A DNA stretch of 64,000 nt from the human T2T-CHM13v2.0 reference genome, Homo sapiens. The notes under the pieces were generated by a model that was given only the letters and a program-made list of their open reading frames with translations, ran no database searches and was not told the origin of the DNA. This document shows positions 39,885-54,598 of the stretch, piece by piece (the stretch's first letter is position 1; the number at the start of each line of letters is the position of its first letter). The translations under genes and the position numbers were made by a program. The stretch is taken from the NCBI RefSeq assembly GCF_009914755.1, contig NC_060935.1. One strand, given 5' to 3'.

Positions 39885-40378
39885 ATCTTTTAGATCTATT
39901 TGTTGCTATGTAACAAACCACCCTAAAGCTGAGTGGTTTCTAATGTTATTGCCCAGTAGCATTTTGGGCCAGCAAAATGGTTATTCTCCTGGGCTTATCA
40001 TTTGTCTGTGGTCAGCCGCAGGTTGAGTCAGCAGTTTGGCTGACCTTGGCTGGTACCTTTCATATCCCTCATCACATCTGTCACATCTGTACAGCACAAC
40101 AGTTGTCCACAAATTCCATCATTTTCTAGCAGATTAGCCGGACTTGTTCACCCGGTGGTGAGCAGAGTGTCAGGAAAATGAGTGGAAATCTTCAGGGTTT
40201 CTTAAAGCCTAGGGTCAGCATCATTTCTGCTGTATTCTACTGGTCAAAGTATGTCACAGAGCAGGTCCAGATTAAAGGGCGGGAAAGACAAGTGGGAAAA
40301 ACTGCAAAGTAACTTTGGAAAAGAGCCTAGGTATACAGAGGGGGATATTTGCAGCCAATTTTGTAAACAATTTACAAA
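39885..40378 (-). mobile_element. MLT1 (G/H-like) MaLR LTR
   Basis: ttgctatgtaacaaaccaccctaaagctgagtgg...attctactggtcaaagtatgtcacag. Confidence 0.6.
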
Positions 40379-40502
40379 TTACTGAAGAATTTCTACAGAA
40401 AATTCATTTTAATTACCTTGGTTATACTTAAACATAAAAACAGTGAGGCCCAGAGATGTCGAGCAACTGGCCCAAGTTCACACAGAAAGTTAAAAGCAGA
40501 AC

Positions 40503-40598
40503 TGGAATAACCAACTGTCCTAGTTTGCCCAGGATTATGTCAGTTTTAGCACTGAACATCCCACATTTCAGGCAAACTGGGGTGGTTGGACACCCTAG
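40503..40598. mobile_element. MER81-like hAT-Blackjack MITE nested in a MIR
   Basis: Terminal inverted repeats accaactgtcctagtttgccc ... ggcaaactggggtggttggacacccta. Confidence 0.7.
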
Positions 40599-42842
40599 GG
40601 AAAGGGCTAGGATTTCCTGATTCTTAGTTTGATATTATTTTCTGAACACTAAAATTGATCTATGTGACTAGCTATTGGTGTTTAAGATCAATCTACCCTC
40701 ATTCCTGCATCCTCTATTAGCATGCATGCTGACATTTAATTAGTTTGTCCATTGGTTAGACTCTACTCTGTTCCAAAATGGTTTAAGGCATTTTATAAAG
40801 TACTGTACATCACAAGGGGATAACTACACAAGGCTACCTTGCCATTCTTCAAACATTCCACGTATTTTAATGTTTATGAATGCTAATTCTTTCTGCTTTG
40901 TGATTAGTCTTTCTCTTTCTAGAATGGTTTTTGCTTTTTTTTTTCTATTAATATCATTCAATTTATAGTTTCCAATTACCTTCTCTGTGATGTAGGCCCC
41001 AGTTGAAGAATTCATCATTATCTCCTCTGAGCTCCTGGGAGACTTGGCCCATATTTTGATCGCCATACTTAGTACATTGTTTCTACTAAGTTACGTGTTA
41101 TCTCATTACAGTGTGTTTTCACCTTACATCTCCTTTATTTAGTATAATCTTCCATATCCAGTAGGCACTCTGTCATTTCTTTAAGTCATTGTTTCTGTTG
41201 CATAAATGAGTGAACAGACTGTTTAGTGACAGCCTAGTGAAATGTGGAAATTTTCACTTTCTTCACTAAAAACCCTTGACTGCTTTTCTTCTTAGTTCCA
41301 ATTATCCATTTGCTGCATTTTTATCTTTTCCGTTGGTATAATTCCTGCCCTAAGCAACACAGCTCTCATATAATCTGCTGGGTTTTAATTGGCTGCAGTT
41401 TCCAAAGCTAAATGATTAGTTTCAAAAAGATTGTTTCTGACCCAATGCACTGTAAATTCTGCACGGGGATCTGAAGTGCTTTTGTTTGAGGCCCTGTGTT
41501 TTTGTGTTTGTGTATGTCATTTTTATACCCATTCTGGATTAGTTTCCAGAATATCCAGAAAAATACCAAACACATAATAGGTGCTCAGTGCACTTCATGA
41601 TTCATTGTTTTATCATTTGCTCATATGTCTCTATACACCCATTTATACTTCAGGGCCCTTCATAGGCCTCTTCACTTTTGGAAAACTTTCCTGAGCAAGC
41701 CCCTCCCTGTCCAGCTGGAGTTCTACAAACATTTACCATAGAACCCATTCTTTTATATTTTCATAAAGTATTCAATTCTTTGTCTCTCCATCCACTGTCT
41801 GTAAACTCTTTGAAGCTGGCATCTGTAGACTATTTGCTTTTGCTGTACCTGGCTCACAGGAGGTACCAAAACAACCTTTGTTTATGGGATTGGTTAGTCA
41901 AATTGATGAATCAATCAAAAACTACAGTTTCAGAGGAAAATGTTATAAAAAGAAAAAGTATTTCAGACGTCTTCTTGGCTCGTATTACCTGTGTCATAGC
42001 TTTTCCATATTCAGAACAGTTTGCATCTTAGAATTTGGTTAGCAGATATACTTATAAGACTTTGCAGGTAAGAAGAGGAAATGCCCAGCAATCAGCTTGC
42101 TAAATTTCTCAATTTGCCCCACCTAAACTTGCAACTTAAATTTAGACATTTTTCTGAAATAGGTAAGTCTAAACTATGAGTAGGATGGATTTCCCCAATT
42201 TTCTTGCATCAACTGATACAACATCTACAAATTATCGAAAAGATGTCAAAAACACATGGGGCTTTAGCCAGTCCTTATAATGAGAGATGGGTCTTGGTTT
42301 AGCAGAAGAAAAGAATACATTTCAGATAAGGAAAATAAAAGCATCTAATGCATAAAATAGAAACAATACGGTATGTTCCTGTAATAGTGAGGCCTTTCAT
42401 ACCTTTAGAATACAGGATAAAAATGGAGATTTGCATCAACTTGATGATTGGAACTAAGCTGGGAGATGTAAACTTGGCATGTTGGTATATATGAGTAGAA
42501 GAGGAGCTTTCAAAAGTAGCATTCATGCAAGTTCAGTGGAAAAGACCAGTGACAGGAAAACACTTGTGTAAACAGACATGATATTCTGACAGTGAGAATG
42601 GGGAGGAAGGTAAATGCTCAAGAAGGATAAGATTAAAGTGAATTATATTTCTGAAGGGAGGAACAATCCACTTTTCTAGCCTTTTCTCTTGCCACTCAGT
42701 CATGTATCTTTTACACTCCAATGATAGAGAATTTCTCATAAGCATCGAGCTTATTGCATCCCTTTAGATTCCATCATCTTTCCTCATGCAGCGGCTTCTG
42801 CTTTATCTTTACTCTAAACTCCTAAGAAATTCCAATGTATTC

Positions 42843-43709
42843 TTTTTTTAATTTTTTAATTTCAATAGTTTTGGTGGTACAGGTGGTTTTTGGTTATATG
42901 GATAATTTCTTTAGTGGTGATTTCCGAGATTTTGGTGCACCTGTCACCAGGGCAGAGTATACTATACCCAATATGTAGTCTTTTATTGCTCACCCCACTC
43001 CCAGACTTTCCCTCTGAGTCTCCGAAGTCCATTCTACAATTCTTATGCCTTTGCATCCTCGTAGCTTAGCTTCCATGTATATGTGAGAACATGCAATACT
43101 TGGCTTTTTATTCTTGAATTACTTCACTTAGAATAATGGCCTCCAGCTCCATCCATGTTGCTGCGAAATATTATTTCCTTTCTTTTTATGGCTGAGTAAT
43201 ATCAGTGGTGTAAACCTACCATGTTTTCTTTGTCCACTGATTGGTTGATGAGCACTTACATTGGTTCCATAGCTTTGCAACTGCAAATTGTGCTGCTGAA
43301 AACATGAATGTGCATGTCTTTTACATATAATGACTTATTTTCCTTTGGGTAGATACCCAGTAGTAGGATTGCTGAATTGAACGGTAGTTCTACTTTTAGT
43401 TCTTTAAGGAATCTTCATACTGTTTTCTATAGTGGTTGTACTAGTTTACATTGCCACCCTCAGTGTAAGTGTTCCCTTTTGCCACACCCACACTAACGTC
43501 TATTTTTTTTTTTAATTGTGGCTTTTCTGGCAGGAGTAGGATGGTATCTCATTGTGGTTTTAATTTACATTTCCCTGATAATTGTGATGTTGAACATTTT
43601 TAAAAATATTTGTTGGCTGTTTGTGTATCTTCTTTTGAGAATTGTCTATTCATGTTCTTCACCCACTTTTTGATGGGATTATTTGTTTTTTCTTGCTGAT
43701 TTGTTTGAG
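42843..43709 (-). mobile_element. L1PB-type 3' end (5'-truncated)
   Basis: Reverse of the L1PB 3'UTR (gactacatattgggtatagtat...gaaatcaccactaaagaaatt...) plus the ORF2 tail. Confidence 0.85.
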
Positions 43710-45363
43710 CTCCACATTTTAGAGAAGTATAAAATATTTAAAAGACAGAAAGAATGTAGAGCCTTTGGAATAAGAGACGTGGGAGAATGTCCTGAAAATA
43801 CAGTTTTCCAGAGGTCAAAAAAAAGAAGTTTTAAGAATAAAAAAGGTAAACTGGTGCCAAATGTAAAAAAGTGGTCAAAAACTGATGAAAGAATAATTTA
43901 GAATTTGTTAAGAATCTGATTATTGATATGAAACGTTTAAAAGAACAGTTTTAGCAAAAGACATTACTAAAATGTGTATTTTATTATATATTTTATTTAT
44001 CCTAGGCTATAAAAACCTCAGGACTGTAAGATTTTTAATTAGTGTTAATAATGCTTGATCATAGTGTATGACTTTTCTCCCTTCTGTATTACCAGCAATC
44101 TGAACATTAGCACTAGGCTTAATGTGATTAAGAGAAATGGATTCTTCCTCTAACTGGCTGATTTTGGAGAAGACATAGAACAAGGGAATCTTTAAGGGTC
44201 ATCTTACTCTCACCCAATATGAGAATTCCTCCTACAACCTCCTTAACTATTAACTTATTTCACCTTTCTAGATGTCCGTGACCTTGTCTCTAAAATAACG
44301 CACTTGGACTTCTAGCTCTAACTTCTGATTAAATGAATTAGAACATAAAGTCACTGAGTCAGTTGCCTTCAACTCATTCTGCATGCAGGCTGTACAATAT
44401 TTTCATCCACATTTTAAAAGTGAAATATTTTAAATGTTAGTAAATGTTAAAAATTAGTAAGCAAAGAGCAATTAGCACGGGCACATTCTGAATGCCTTTT
44501 AGCCCTTGCTTAAACTTAAGAGAACAGTCTGTTAAAAACAAGATAATATTTTTATTGACATTTCAGTTGTTGCAAATGAGTCTTTGCCAGCTTTCCTCCT
44601 GATTCTAGTATTTTGCCTAATTCTGTTTTCACGCGTGGGTACTTTCTGAACAATCCATGTCTTGGAGCGCATCATGTACTAATGTTGCTCTGACAACCTT
44701 GTAATGGGAATTTGAACAGTTATTACATTTTTCTTGTTAAAACCAGGGGGAAAGAGCATTCCAAGTGTTTATAGCTCCCTAACCTTACTGTGATGAGGTG
44801 AAGTTTGATGTAGCTATTTCCTCTTACTTTGAAATCTCATTTTTAATAACACTGTTCCACGCTTGGCGCTGCATGTGTCAGCTGTGAACCCATTCACCTT
44901 TGCAAGGAGTAGCCTTAATCCTGCAAATCCTACTTTGCTCCAGTCAGTACAGGGTTGAAGAGAAGAATCTATTCTAATTACTTAAAGTTTACTTACCAGT
45001 GCCTGCAATGCTACAAGGGAACTGGAAGCTATAATAGACCACCCTCTTCAGTTTGGGGGAAATTCTACAAGAAAGGCTTCTGTAACATGAGCAGCTCTTG
45101 ACTTATCAGCAACTTCCATAGGCTAATGATTATATTTGCCAACATACCCACAACAGTTTACAGAGATTTTTGACTTACAGCAGATAAATGTAAAGATTGA
45201 AATTACGAAATAAGTAGAACTTGTGAAACCCTTTACAAAGTCACAGAATATACTTTATCTTTTTTGTCAAGTAGAATGGAAATTTGTTAAATTATCTGCT
45301 TCTCACATATTATTTTAAAACAAAACAGATGAAAGCTCTGAAATACAAGGTAGAAAACGTCAC

Positions 45364-45649
45364 TTTTTTTTTTTTTTTTTTGAGGCAGAGTCTTTCTCTG
45401 TCACCCAAGCTGGAATGCAGTAGTGAGATCTCCGCTCACTGCAACTTCCGCCTCCCAGGTTCAGGCAATTCTCCTGCCTCAGCCTCCTGAGAAGCTGGGA
45501 TTACAGGTACCCACCACCACTCCCAGCTCATTTTTATATTTTTAGTAGAGACAGGGTTTTGCCGTGTTGGCCAGACTGGTCTCAAACTCCTGACCTCAGG
45601 TGATCCACCTGCCTTGGCCTCCCAAAGGTGTGAGCCACCACACTTGGCT
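45364..45649 (-). mobile_element. AluS with a small internal deletion
   Basis: cccaaaggtgtgagcc lacks gtgctgggattaca; TSD gtcacttttt. Confidence 0.93.
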
Positions 45650-48600
45650 GATAAGGTCACTTTTTAAAAAGAATAGTTTTTAGGCATCATAGTGTCATTA
45701 GGTACTATAAGCAGCAAGTTCTAGAAAAAAAAATCACATATAATAACTATCTTTTGTTGACTACTTAGTAGAAACCAAGTGTACTTCTAGACACTCTGCA
45801 TATATCATCAAATTTAATCCTGACCTAATGGAAAAACATATAATAAAATATTAACAAAAGTAATCCTTAGGTGAAGGTAACAGTTAACTTTACATGGGTT
45901 ATATCGATTAATAGATAAAAAGACAGGTAAACATACTGTTTTCCTTTGAGGAAAATAGCAAGTGTTTTCCTTTGAGGAAAATGGGCAGGACATAGTATAT
46001 ATCTGGGTAATTTGACCCCTCCATTCTTAGTGCATCTTACCTCTCTACTAGTTTTATACCTGAATATGCTTACTGTACTATTCCCTTTTTAACTAAGAAA
46101 TCTCTAGAATCCTTCTACAGGCATATCATATGTTCCTCTCCCCTTTTTGTACTATGCAAGTATTTTTCACAAATTTTGCACCTAGAATCTTCATGTTATA
46201 TTCCACATCAACTAGCATGAGAGAGGCTGCTTTTCATTAGGCAATAAGAAGCAGAGAAAGATCTATACTGCAATAACTCTATGATAAAGGCAGGACGGTA
46301 TATTTTACACTGATTTCACCATATATCCTCCGCATCGCAATTGGAAATGTAGATTTTATAATGCTTATTTTGCAATTCAGGAAACTAATGTTCGAGGCTT
46401 AACTTATTCAAAGCGATTACTTGAAGCAAAAGCTTTATGAACTTGCCCAGGGTTATTCTGCTGCTGAGGGGGAGAGATAGCATTGGAACACAGGGTTTAT
46501 TTGCCTTCAAAGTTCTGTTATTCCTATTACATCTCTGTCATGAGGAAGACTCCATGCAGCAGAATACCTAAATTTTAGCAGGTGTTTTTAAGAGATGCAT
46601 GAGCAGAGAGAGAGAATTTGCATCTGTGTGGATAGAGGGATCTTGCTTCATTTGCAAGCAAGAACTTCTGTGAGACTTCCGGTACATCAAAGAATGCCTT
46701 TGCATGGCTGTCTTCTGGAACAACCTGTATAACCACATGGGAATAACTAGGTCCAAAGTGTCACACTGGCTTATGCATCTCCTCAAGTAGTCCTACAAAG
46801 TCTAAAAAGTTAACAGATACAAACCAATATCGGAAGGAAGGACCCATACGGTAAGATGACCACAAACATAGCACTTTTCCCACTGAGTCCCCTGTTGTTC
46901 TAAGTCTGCCTTTGATGAGTATCCAGGAGCTTGTGGTCTCCTAGTCCTTTTCCTCCTCTCCTTTGTACTCTCCAAGGTCTCATCGTTTCAGACCTCTCAA
47001 CCCCTCCATTCTCCATTTAGAGTTCTGGTTCCAATTCAAGGCAAAATCCTCCCAGCCAGGTCTTCAGGTTTCCAGGCAGTGCCCAAGGCTCCATGCAGCA
47101 GCAAGTCCTTTGCACTTAAAAGCAAGTCTTTCACACATGCAAGTTCTTCAAAGGGAAACAACTCTTAGTCAAACAAGCCTTTCTCTCATAACATTGGCCC
47201 CATTTTACAGTGGAACTCTGATGCTTAATTATACTAACAAAGTATACTTTTTAATGGAACACTAGCTACCTTTAAAAGTTAGCCCTCAGATCATAAGGCT
47301 TACCATGAATGAACATGATTTCAGCTCCTGTAAAGTTCAAACCAGTGCTGCTGATCAGAAGTCGGTTTTCCCACAAAGGGCGATTCAGGGACTGCAGATG
47401 GTGCTGCTGTTATCTCTACATCAAGCCACTAAAAGGGAAGTGACATGGGAGTTTAAATAGACCACACCTGGAATGGCAGCTGTCACCTTCACTCACAGTT
47501 GACTAGTCACAGCTAACTGCCAGGTAATCAGAGAATAAGGGCCACTAAATGGCACAGCAAGTTATAAAATGCATTCTTAACCGGCATATGATATCTAGCT
47601 GGATATCCAGGAATAAAAGAAGAGAGGTCAGCTAAGCAGATAGCTAGACTGCGTGATGCAAAATTTTGCTAATTTCTAATGCCTTACCAAAGATTCCTTT
47701 CCCTTAGGTTTGGGACATTTTGTAATGGAAGAAAAGGGAGCATTCTGAGGGAATGAGGGAGGAGGGAATAAAGCATGCATGTTGAAGAAAACTCTACCGT
47801 TGTAATTTAAGAAACAACAACATACATGCCAGAATCCCTTTGTAAAGTGAACTTACAGTTTAAATTGTACATTGTATGATTGTAAAACCATTATATAAAT
47901 GAAAAAAATAGGGACCATTACTGCCTTAAAAACAAACAAAAAAATGAAATACATTTGTTTGGAAGATGAGAAGACTATCCAGATTTGACTAGAGATATTT
48001 GCCTATAATATCACTTTAAATTGTTTCTGGGGACAAGAAGAAATAATAATAATAATAGCCTCCCTCTCTGTAATAGAAAAATGTTATTAGGTGACATGAT
48101 ATTTATATAAAATGTTGTTTCCAATGAGACAAAAGTAAAATATCCTACTGTTTTTAGAAGCACCTGGTATTCACTGTATGACATCTTACTTTCAAGGGAG
48201 TTCTTGAACCACCTCTATAAGGCAGTCAACTTTTAAAGCAACTTAGTATTTTGGCAGTTGGAAGACATATTAACTACAGTCATACCTATTTATGCCTAAA
48301 TCTAAAAGTTCAAAAAATAATTAACTCAGATTTAGTAGATTTGGAATATGGATTGATAGTTTCTAGTTTTGAACCTAGCTTAGACATTAACAAAGTGGAC
48401 TAATAATAAACTTAGACTAATAAAAGTATCCCCAAGACCACTTTTTCCTCACTCCTGCCTTGCTTACACACTTGTCAGTAAATTAGAGTTTTATTTCCTT
48501 CATGCCAGGTATCCTGCAGATTTTGAGGGAAATAGAAGCCCCTAGTGTAAAATACAAGAGTTTCTGACAACCGGTTGATAAATTCTTATTTATTAAAAAT

Positions 48601-50339
48601 AATTTCTAACTTAGCATGAGGTCAATAGACTTAATGAAAAAATTTCATGGTATAAACAATATTAAAATATTCTAATTATGACAATTCTGGCAAATCCCAG
48701 AATGCATTAGATTACAGAATCACAGGCTTATTTCCAGATGCTGCAACTATAGTATTCTTTTTTTTTTTTTTTTTTTGAAGTCTAAACATCTCAGTGGTTC
48801 CAAAATACAGCAGAATCAGATAAATGTTTGGGAACCATACTGAAAACCAATTCTGAGAATTTAATTAAAGGCTGGCTAAAAGCAAACAAAAAAACTATTA
48901 TATAGTGTAGTTGAGTGTGACATTCTCATTGGATAGTTGATAATTGCACTGCTTTTCCTCCATATCACCACAAATTCATCAATCAATAAATTGTTATGAA
49001 AAATTTATGTATCAAACGATAGAGTTTATACAAGTAAAAGAAAATTCTTATTTTCAAAGACCTACTACTCCAGTGATACAAATGTATACACATACATTTT
49101 AACATATAAGCCTATATAGATATATGTATGCATGTGTGTGTGCTTAATATCAAACTCTTCACAAAATGTAATATAGTTTATAGAAAGCAAAGTTTATTTT
49201 AGATGAAACCTAGAGAGCTGAGTCAAATTTACCTAAACAGAGAATAGTGGGGATAATTTTTTTTTTTTTTTTGTAAAGAAAAGGCCTAAGTAAAGCTAGT
49301 AAAGGCATTCGAAGTGCATTGGTTTGATGAAAGTAGAAGACTTGTGTATAAATAAAGGAGTGAGAAAATTAGAGAAGAGTTTGAGGTCATACTTGTGCAA
49401 ATCCCAGAAGGCCAAGCTGAGAACGGCACCTGATCTTATAGAGAGTAGGGAGATAAAATATTAGAGGATTTCCAGCATTGTGTGACAAATGTTATTGAGC
49501 TTGGATAGAATTCAGTGAGATTAGTGCTGTATAGCAAAAGAATGCATAAAATACAACATAAGTACTGGCTTTACAAAAACATCATTGGACCAACATGTAT
49601 GGGCTACATGGAAGTGGAAAGAGATTGAGGTAGGAAGCAGATGCAATCATTGAGATGTGTGAGATGTATGGTAGGAAAGGTGGATGGCGTGGGGAAGGAA
49701 AAGAAAGGGTCAAATGGGAGAGACACATATTTTCAGCACAAAGCTTCAATAAATACTTGCTAAACGAACTAATAAATCTATATAATATTTCAGCTCATTA
49801 CATATCCTATTTTTCTTAGTTCTGTCAAGATCCTCTGAGGGAAACAAGCAGGCTGGGTACAGAAGTTAAACTTTGGAACACTTTCTCTTTGAGTCCCCAT
49901 TATATATGTTCTCATACATGCCCTCATTGATGCTGCCAGTCCATATTTTTATAATATCATGTATTATTCTTTTGTAGCATTTATTATGATTTTATTAACT
50001 TTTATATTATTATATATGTAGACTGACAGAGATCGCAACTACTCTACACACTCCATAAGAGTGCAATGTATATTTTCTCACAACTGTATCTAGTATATAT
50101 CAAAGTTCAATAATGTTTAATTGATGTCACATTGCTATGTGGAAGATCAAAGTAATTTGCAGCATATTAGCTCTGTGTTTCTTGCATAAAATTATCGTCT
50201 TGAGAGCTGGCTCTAGAAAAAATGCAAAATCAGTGGGGAGAAAAACTTCTTCCCACTTTATAATGATACTTCAACACCCTTGACCAAATTCTTATCTCCT
50301 TCATCTGAACTCTGTCATGCCACCGTGTTTGCCTGTCAT

Positions 50340-51020
<681 letters not shown>

Positions 51021-51166
51021 CAATGTAGGATGTGACAAAAATATCAATATCGGCTTTATTCACCTTCATGATGGAATGTAAGGCATTCATTTCTTATTTC
51101 TCCTTGGCTTTGGAGTTAGCTCACTCATTTCTACATTCTAGCTGTCTAACTAGAAAGGCAAAACAT

Positions 51167-51495
51167 AGCCATGTGTGGTGGCTCATGCCTGTAATCCCAG
51201 CATTTTGAGAGGCCGAGATGAGTGGATTGCTTGAGTTCAGGACTTTAAGACCAGCCTGGCAACATGGTGAAACCCTGTCTCTACCAGAAATACAAAAAAT
51301 TAGCCTGGCATGGTGTCGTGTTGCTGTAGTCCCATAGTCCCAGCTACTCATGAGGCTGAGGTGGGAGGATGGCTTGAGCCCAGTGGGTGGAGGTTGCAGT
51401 GAGCAGAGATGGCGCCACTGTACTCCATCCTAGGTGACAGAGTGAGACCCTATCTAAAAAAAAAAAAAAAGAAAAGAAAAAGAAAAGATAAAACA
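51167..51495 (+). mobile_element. AluJ (Jb-like)
   Basis: ggattgcttgagttcagg...gggaggatggcttgagccc; A tail. Confidence 0.9.
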
Positions 51496-52897
51496 TAAAT
51501 AAGCAAAATAGAATTTTCTCTATAAGTTCTAGAAATCTAATAAATATTGCCAAATTTTTAGCATTTAAGTAAATTGTACTAGAGTGACAGTTTATAAAGG
51601 AACACTATTTAAACAAGAGCACCTGTAGACGTGTCATATTTTAAGGGCAATTATAAGAAATTCTATCCAAGTTGATATTTTCCAATAATATAGGATTGCT
51701 ATTTTTTTTTCTGATACATGGTTAAGCAATTTTCTGAATTTTTTAAAAACAAGATACATTTCAGTTCATGAATGACCTTAGATATGAGTTTTCTCACTAG
51801 GTGTTATAAAATGCGCTAGAAGAGAAAAAAACACAGAACAATCTATTTATAAACCATATAATGAGAATAAGGTACCCTTTATCTAATTTGCAATCCATAA
51901 TAGAAACTATAATTGTCTATAGTTAGAGGAAAATAACTTATATTTGCTTATCAATTGTACCTTGAAGGGCTCTGTATTTAATTAAATGTCCAATGACAAA
52001 TCTGATTCCACCAATTGCATCTTTAGAATCAGAGATTGATAGAAGCCACAGAGTCAGGGGAACCATTTGCCACAACAGTGAAATGTGGGATTGATGTCAC
52101 TTCAGCCTGGGATGGTTTATTTGAAAATGGTAAGCCTCTGGTAGCATCAATAATGCCATGTTATTATCTTTTGGCATTTATGCATATACTCCTGATAGTG
52201 CAGTCCATTGAGTATTGAATTAAAGAGATTTCAAGTCCTGTCCTTCACTAGAATATAGCTTTTCTTGAAGTGTTAATGCAAAAAAAAAAAAATGTAAAGA
52301 CAAAGAAAACTTGTAATCCCAAATTTTTCTGTACCAGAACATGTTTATATAGGTTTACCAAGGGAAAGAGAGGGAGAAATACATTGGATTTAAGGTAGAA
52401 CCTGTTCATATCAAGACTGTTTATAAATGACACCCAAAATCAGATACTGGGGAGTGGAGAGGGAAAGGTTAGACTAACCTTTTTCCACTTAACTGACTTT
52501 TGTGGGACTGTATAGATATTGTTTTAAAACCAGTGCCGTTTTTTGTTTCAGTTAAATTCTCCAGTTACCAATTCACTTTAGACAGTGAAAAAATGGAATG
52601 ACAGAGAGTCTGAATGAAACAGACTGATGAGGCAACATCTCAAAAAGGCAGGATACAAATGATGAAAGGCATATGTCAGCCAACCAAGTTATCTTTGTGA
52701 TCCAGAGGCATGGCAGAGAGACACAAATCTGTCCCTGAAGTTCTCAGAATGAAAAGTTTGGTTCATAGTTCAAGCGAGGTTAATATTCCCAATCTCATTC
52801 TATTCTTTATCTCTCTACCAAAAGAGACAATAATGTTGTTCATTTTACCTACTGCAATTTTATCTTCTTTCTTGCAGTGTCTTTTGCTTATGAATTA

Positions 52898-53185
52898 ATT
52901 TTTTATTCTTACTGTGATAAGAACACTTAATATGCAATCTATCCTCTTAAGAAAATTTAAGTGTACAATCCATTATTGTTGACTATAGGTGCAGTATTGT
53001 AGAGAAGATCTCTAGATCTCATTCATCTTAACCGAAATTTTATGCCTGTTGATTAATATCTCCCCATTTGCTCCTACTCCTGTCCTTGGTAAGCATCATT
53101 CCAGTCTTTGATTGTATGAATTTGACTATTTTGGATATTTCATGTAAGTGGAATCATTAAGTATTTGTCTTCCTGTGTTTGGTGA
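52898..53185 (-). mobile_element. L1MA/MB 3' end fragment
   Basis: aagaacacttaatatg...aagtgtacaat...agatctctagatctcattcatctt...catgtaagtggaatcat. Confidence 0.7.
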
Positions 53186-53289
53186 ATTTAGTAGTTTCTT
53201 AACATATCTCTTTTTCTTATTTGTTTACACTACGTTGTATAGGAAAATATTTTTTAAATGCTGCAATTTTTCCAGTACTAGTCATGAAT

Positions 53290-53665
53290 CTTCATAAATA
53301 TTCTGACTCTATCCTTTCCAGCACATGGAGGGATTACACCTCCGTGTTGACTTGGAAACTAGGTGTGGCCATATGACGTGCTTTAGCCAATGAAATGTGA
53401 GTGGAAGATGCCTGTGTAATTTCTGGGTAGGAGCTTTAACAGCCAGAGACTGCTTTACCATGTTCTTGTCCTCTGCCACCAACATGGACTGAGGCCATTC
53501 CAACATCCAAAGAGATAAGGATGAAGACAGTAAAGAACAGAACTCCAGCTGACCTTCAATGAACATGTTGAGGAATAAGGGGCAAAAAGTTCTCTGTTAT
53601 TTTTAGATACTGAGATTCAGAGTTTGTTTTTTTACTGAAGCATAGTGCATATCACTGATGATATA
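53290..53665 (+). mobile_element. MLT1 (I/J-like) MaLR LTR
   Basis: ggtgtggccatatgacgtgctttagccaatgaaatgtgagtggaag...actgagattcagagtttgttt. Confidence 0.6.
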
Positions 53666-54427
53666 AACACTGATAATAGTAGAGAAATGGATAAAATAGA
53701 AAAATTCTATTTTAAAACATGAATTAATGATATTAACTATCAGACACCGAAAATGTAACATATATCCCTGTGTTGTCTTAGTTCCTTATAAATTAGTCTG
53801 GTGTTAGAACTGTAATTTTCTGACACCTACTTAGAGATACGGTAGGGTGCTTGTTACAGTTCACTTCTTTGCATGGCATTATGAAACATAGGCAGCCATG
53901 TTTCACTCCTCATAACTAGGGTAATAAAAATATGAGAAGATAGAGAATAGGCAGCGCACATCTTTCTTTACTTGAAATTGTTCAGCTCATTTTGAGATTG
54001 ATAAAATGGCACAATTAAGTTTAAAAATAAAGAAGTGAAAGTTTCAGACTAAAGGTCATGACATAATTTAAAGCTGAGGGCAAAATGATATAATTGAAGA
54101 GGGAAGAGTGCCTTTTAACAACAGTAATTGACTAACTCCCAGTTAATAATGTTATGACTGAAAATTAAGAGCATAGCTATGCTCAGGTGATATATCTATA
54201 TTAAGAAGAAAGCAAAATCAAAGTAGTATTGTCTATTTATATATCCTACTCATCAAATATCTTTGTAACAGAATTCTTGATTGCTTCTATGCTAGTCATT
54301 AGAGTTAAACATAGAATATTGTATTCTTTATTTAACCTGTTTGAGTCTTTCATTATGGAAGTCAAATCTTAGTCTCTCTTTAATGATATCGGATAGATAT
54401 TGCTGTGATCAGACAACTGTTCTGTAT

Positions 54428-54598
54428 CTGTGCTGTCCAACACCATAGCCACTGTTGAACATTTGGTATGTAGCTAGTGCCACAGAGGAACTAAATTTTC
54501 AGTTTTACTGAAATTACTTTACATATAAATGTAAAGTATTAATTAATTTACATTTAAAGAGCAAAATGTAGCTAGTAGCTACTATATTAATCATACAG
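54428..54598. mobile_element. MER3-like hAT-Charlie relic
   Basis: ctgtgctgtccaacaccatagccact...gaggaactaaatttt...atgtagctagtagctactatatt...cag. Confidence 0.65.
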
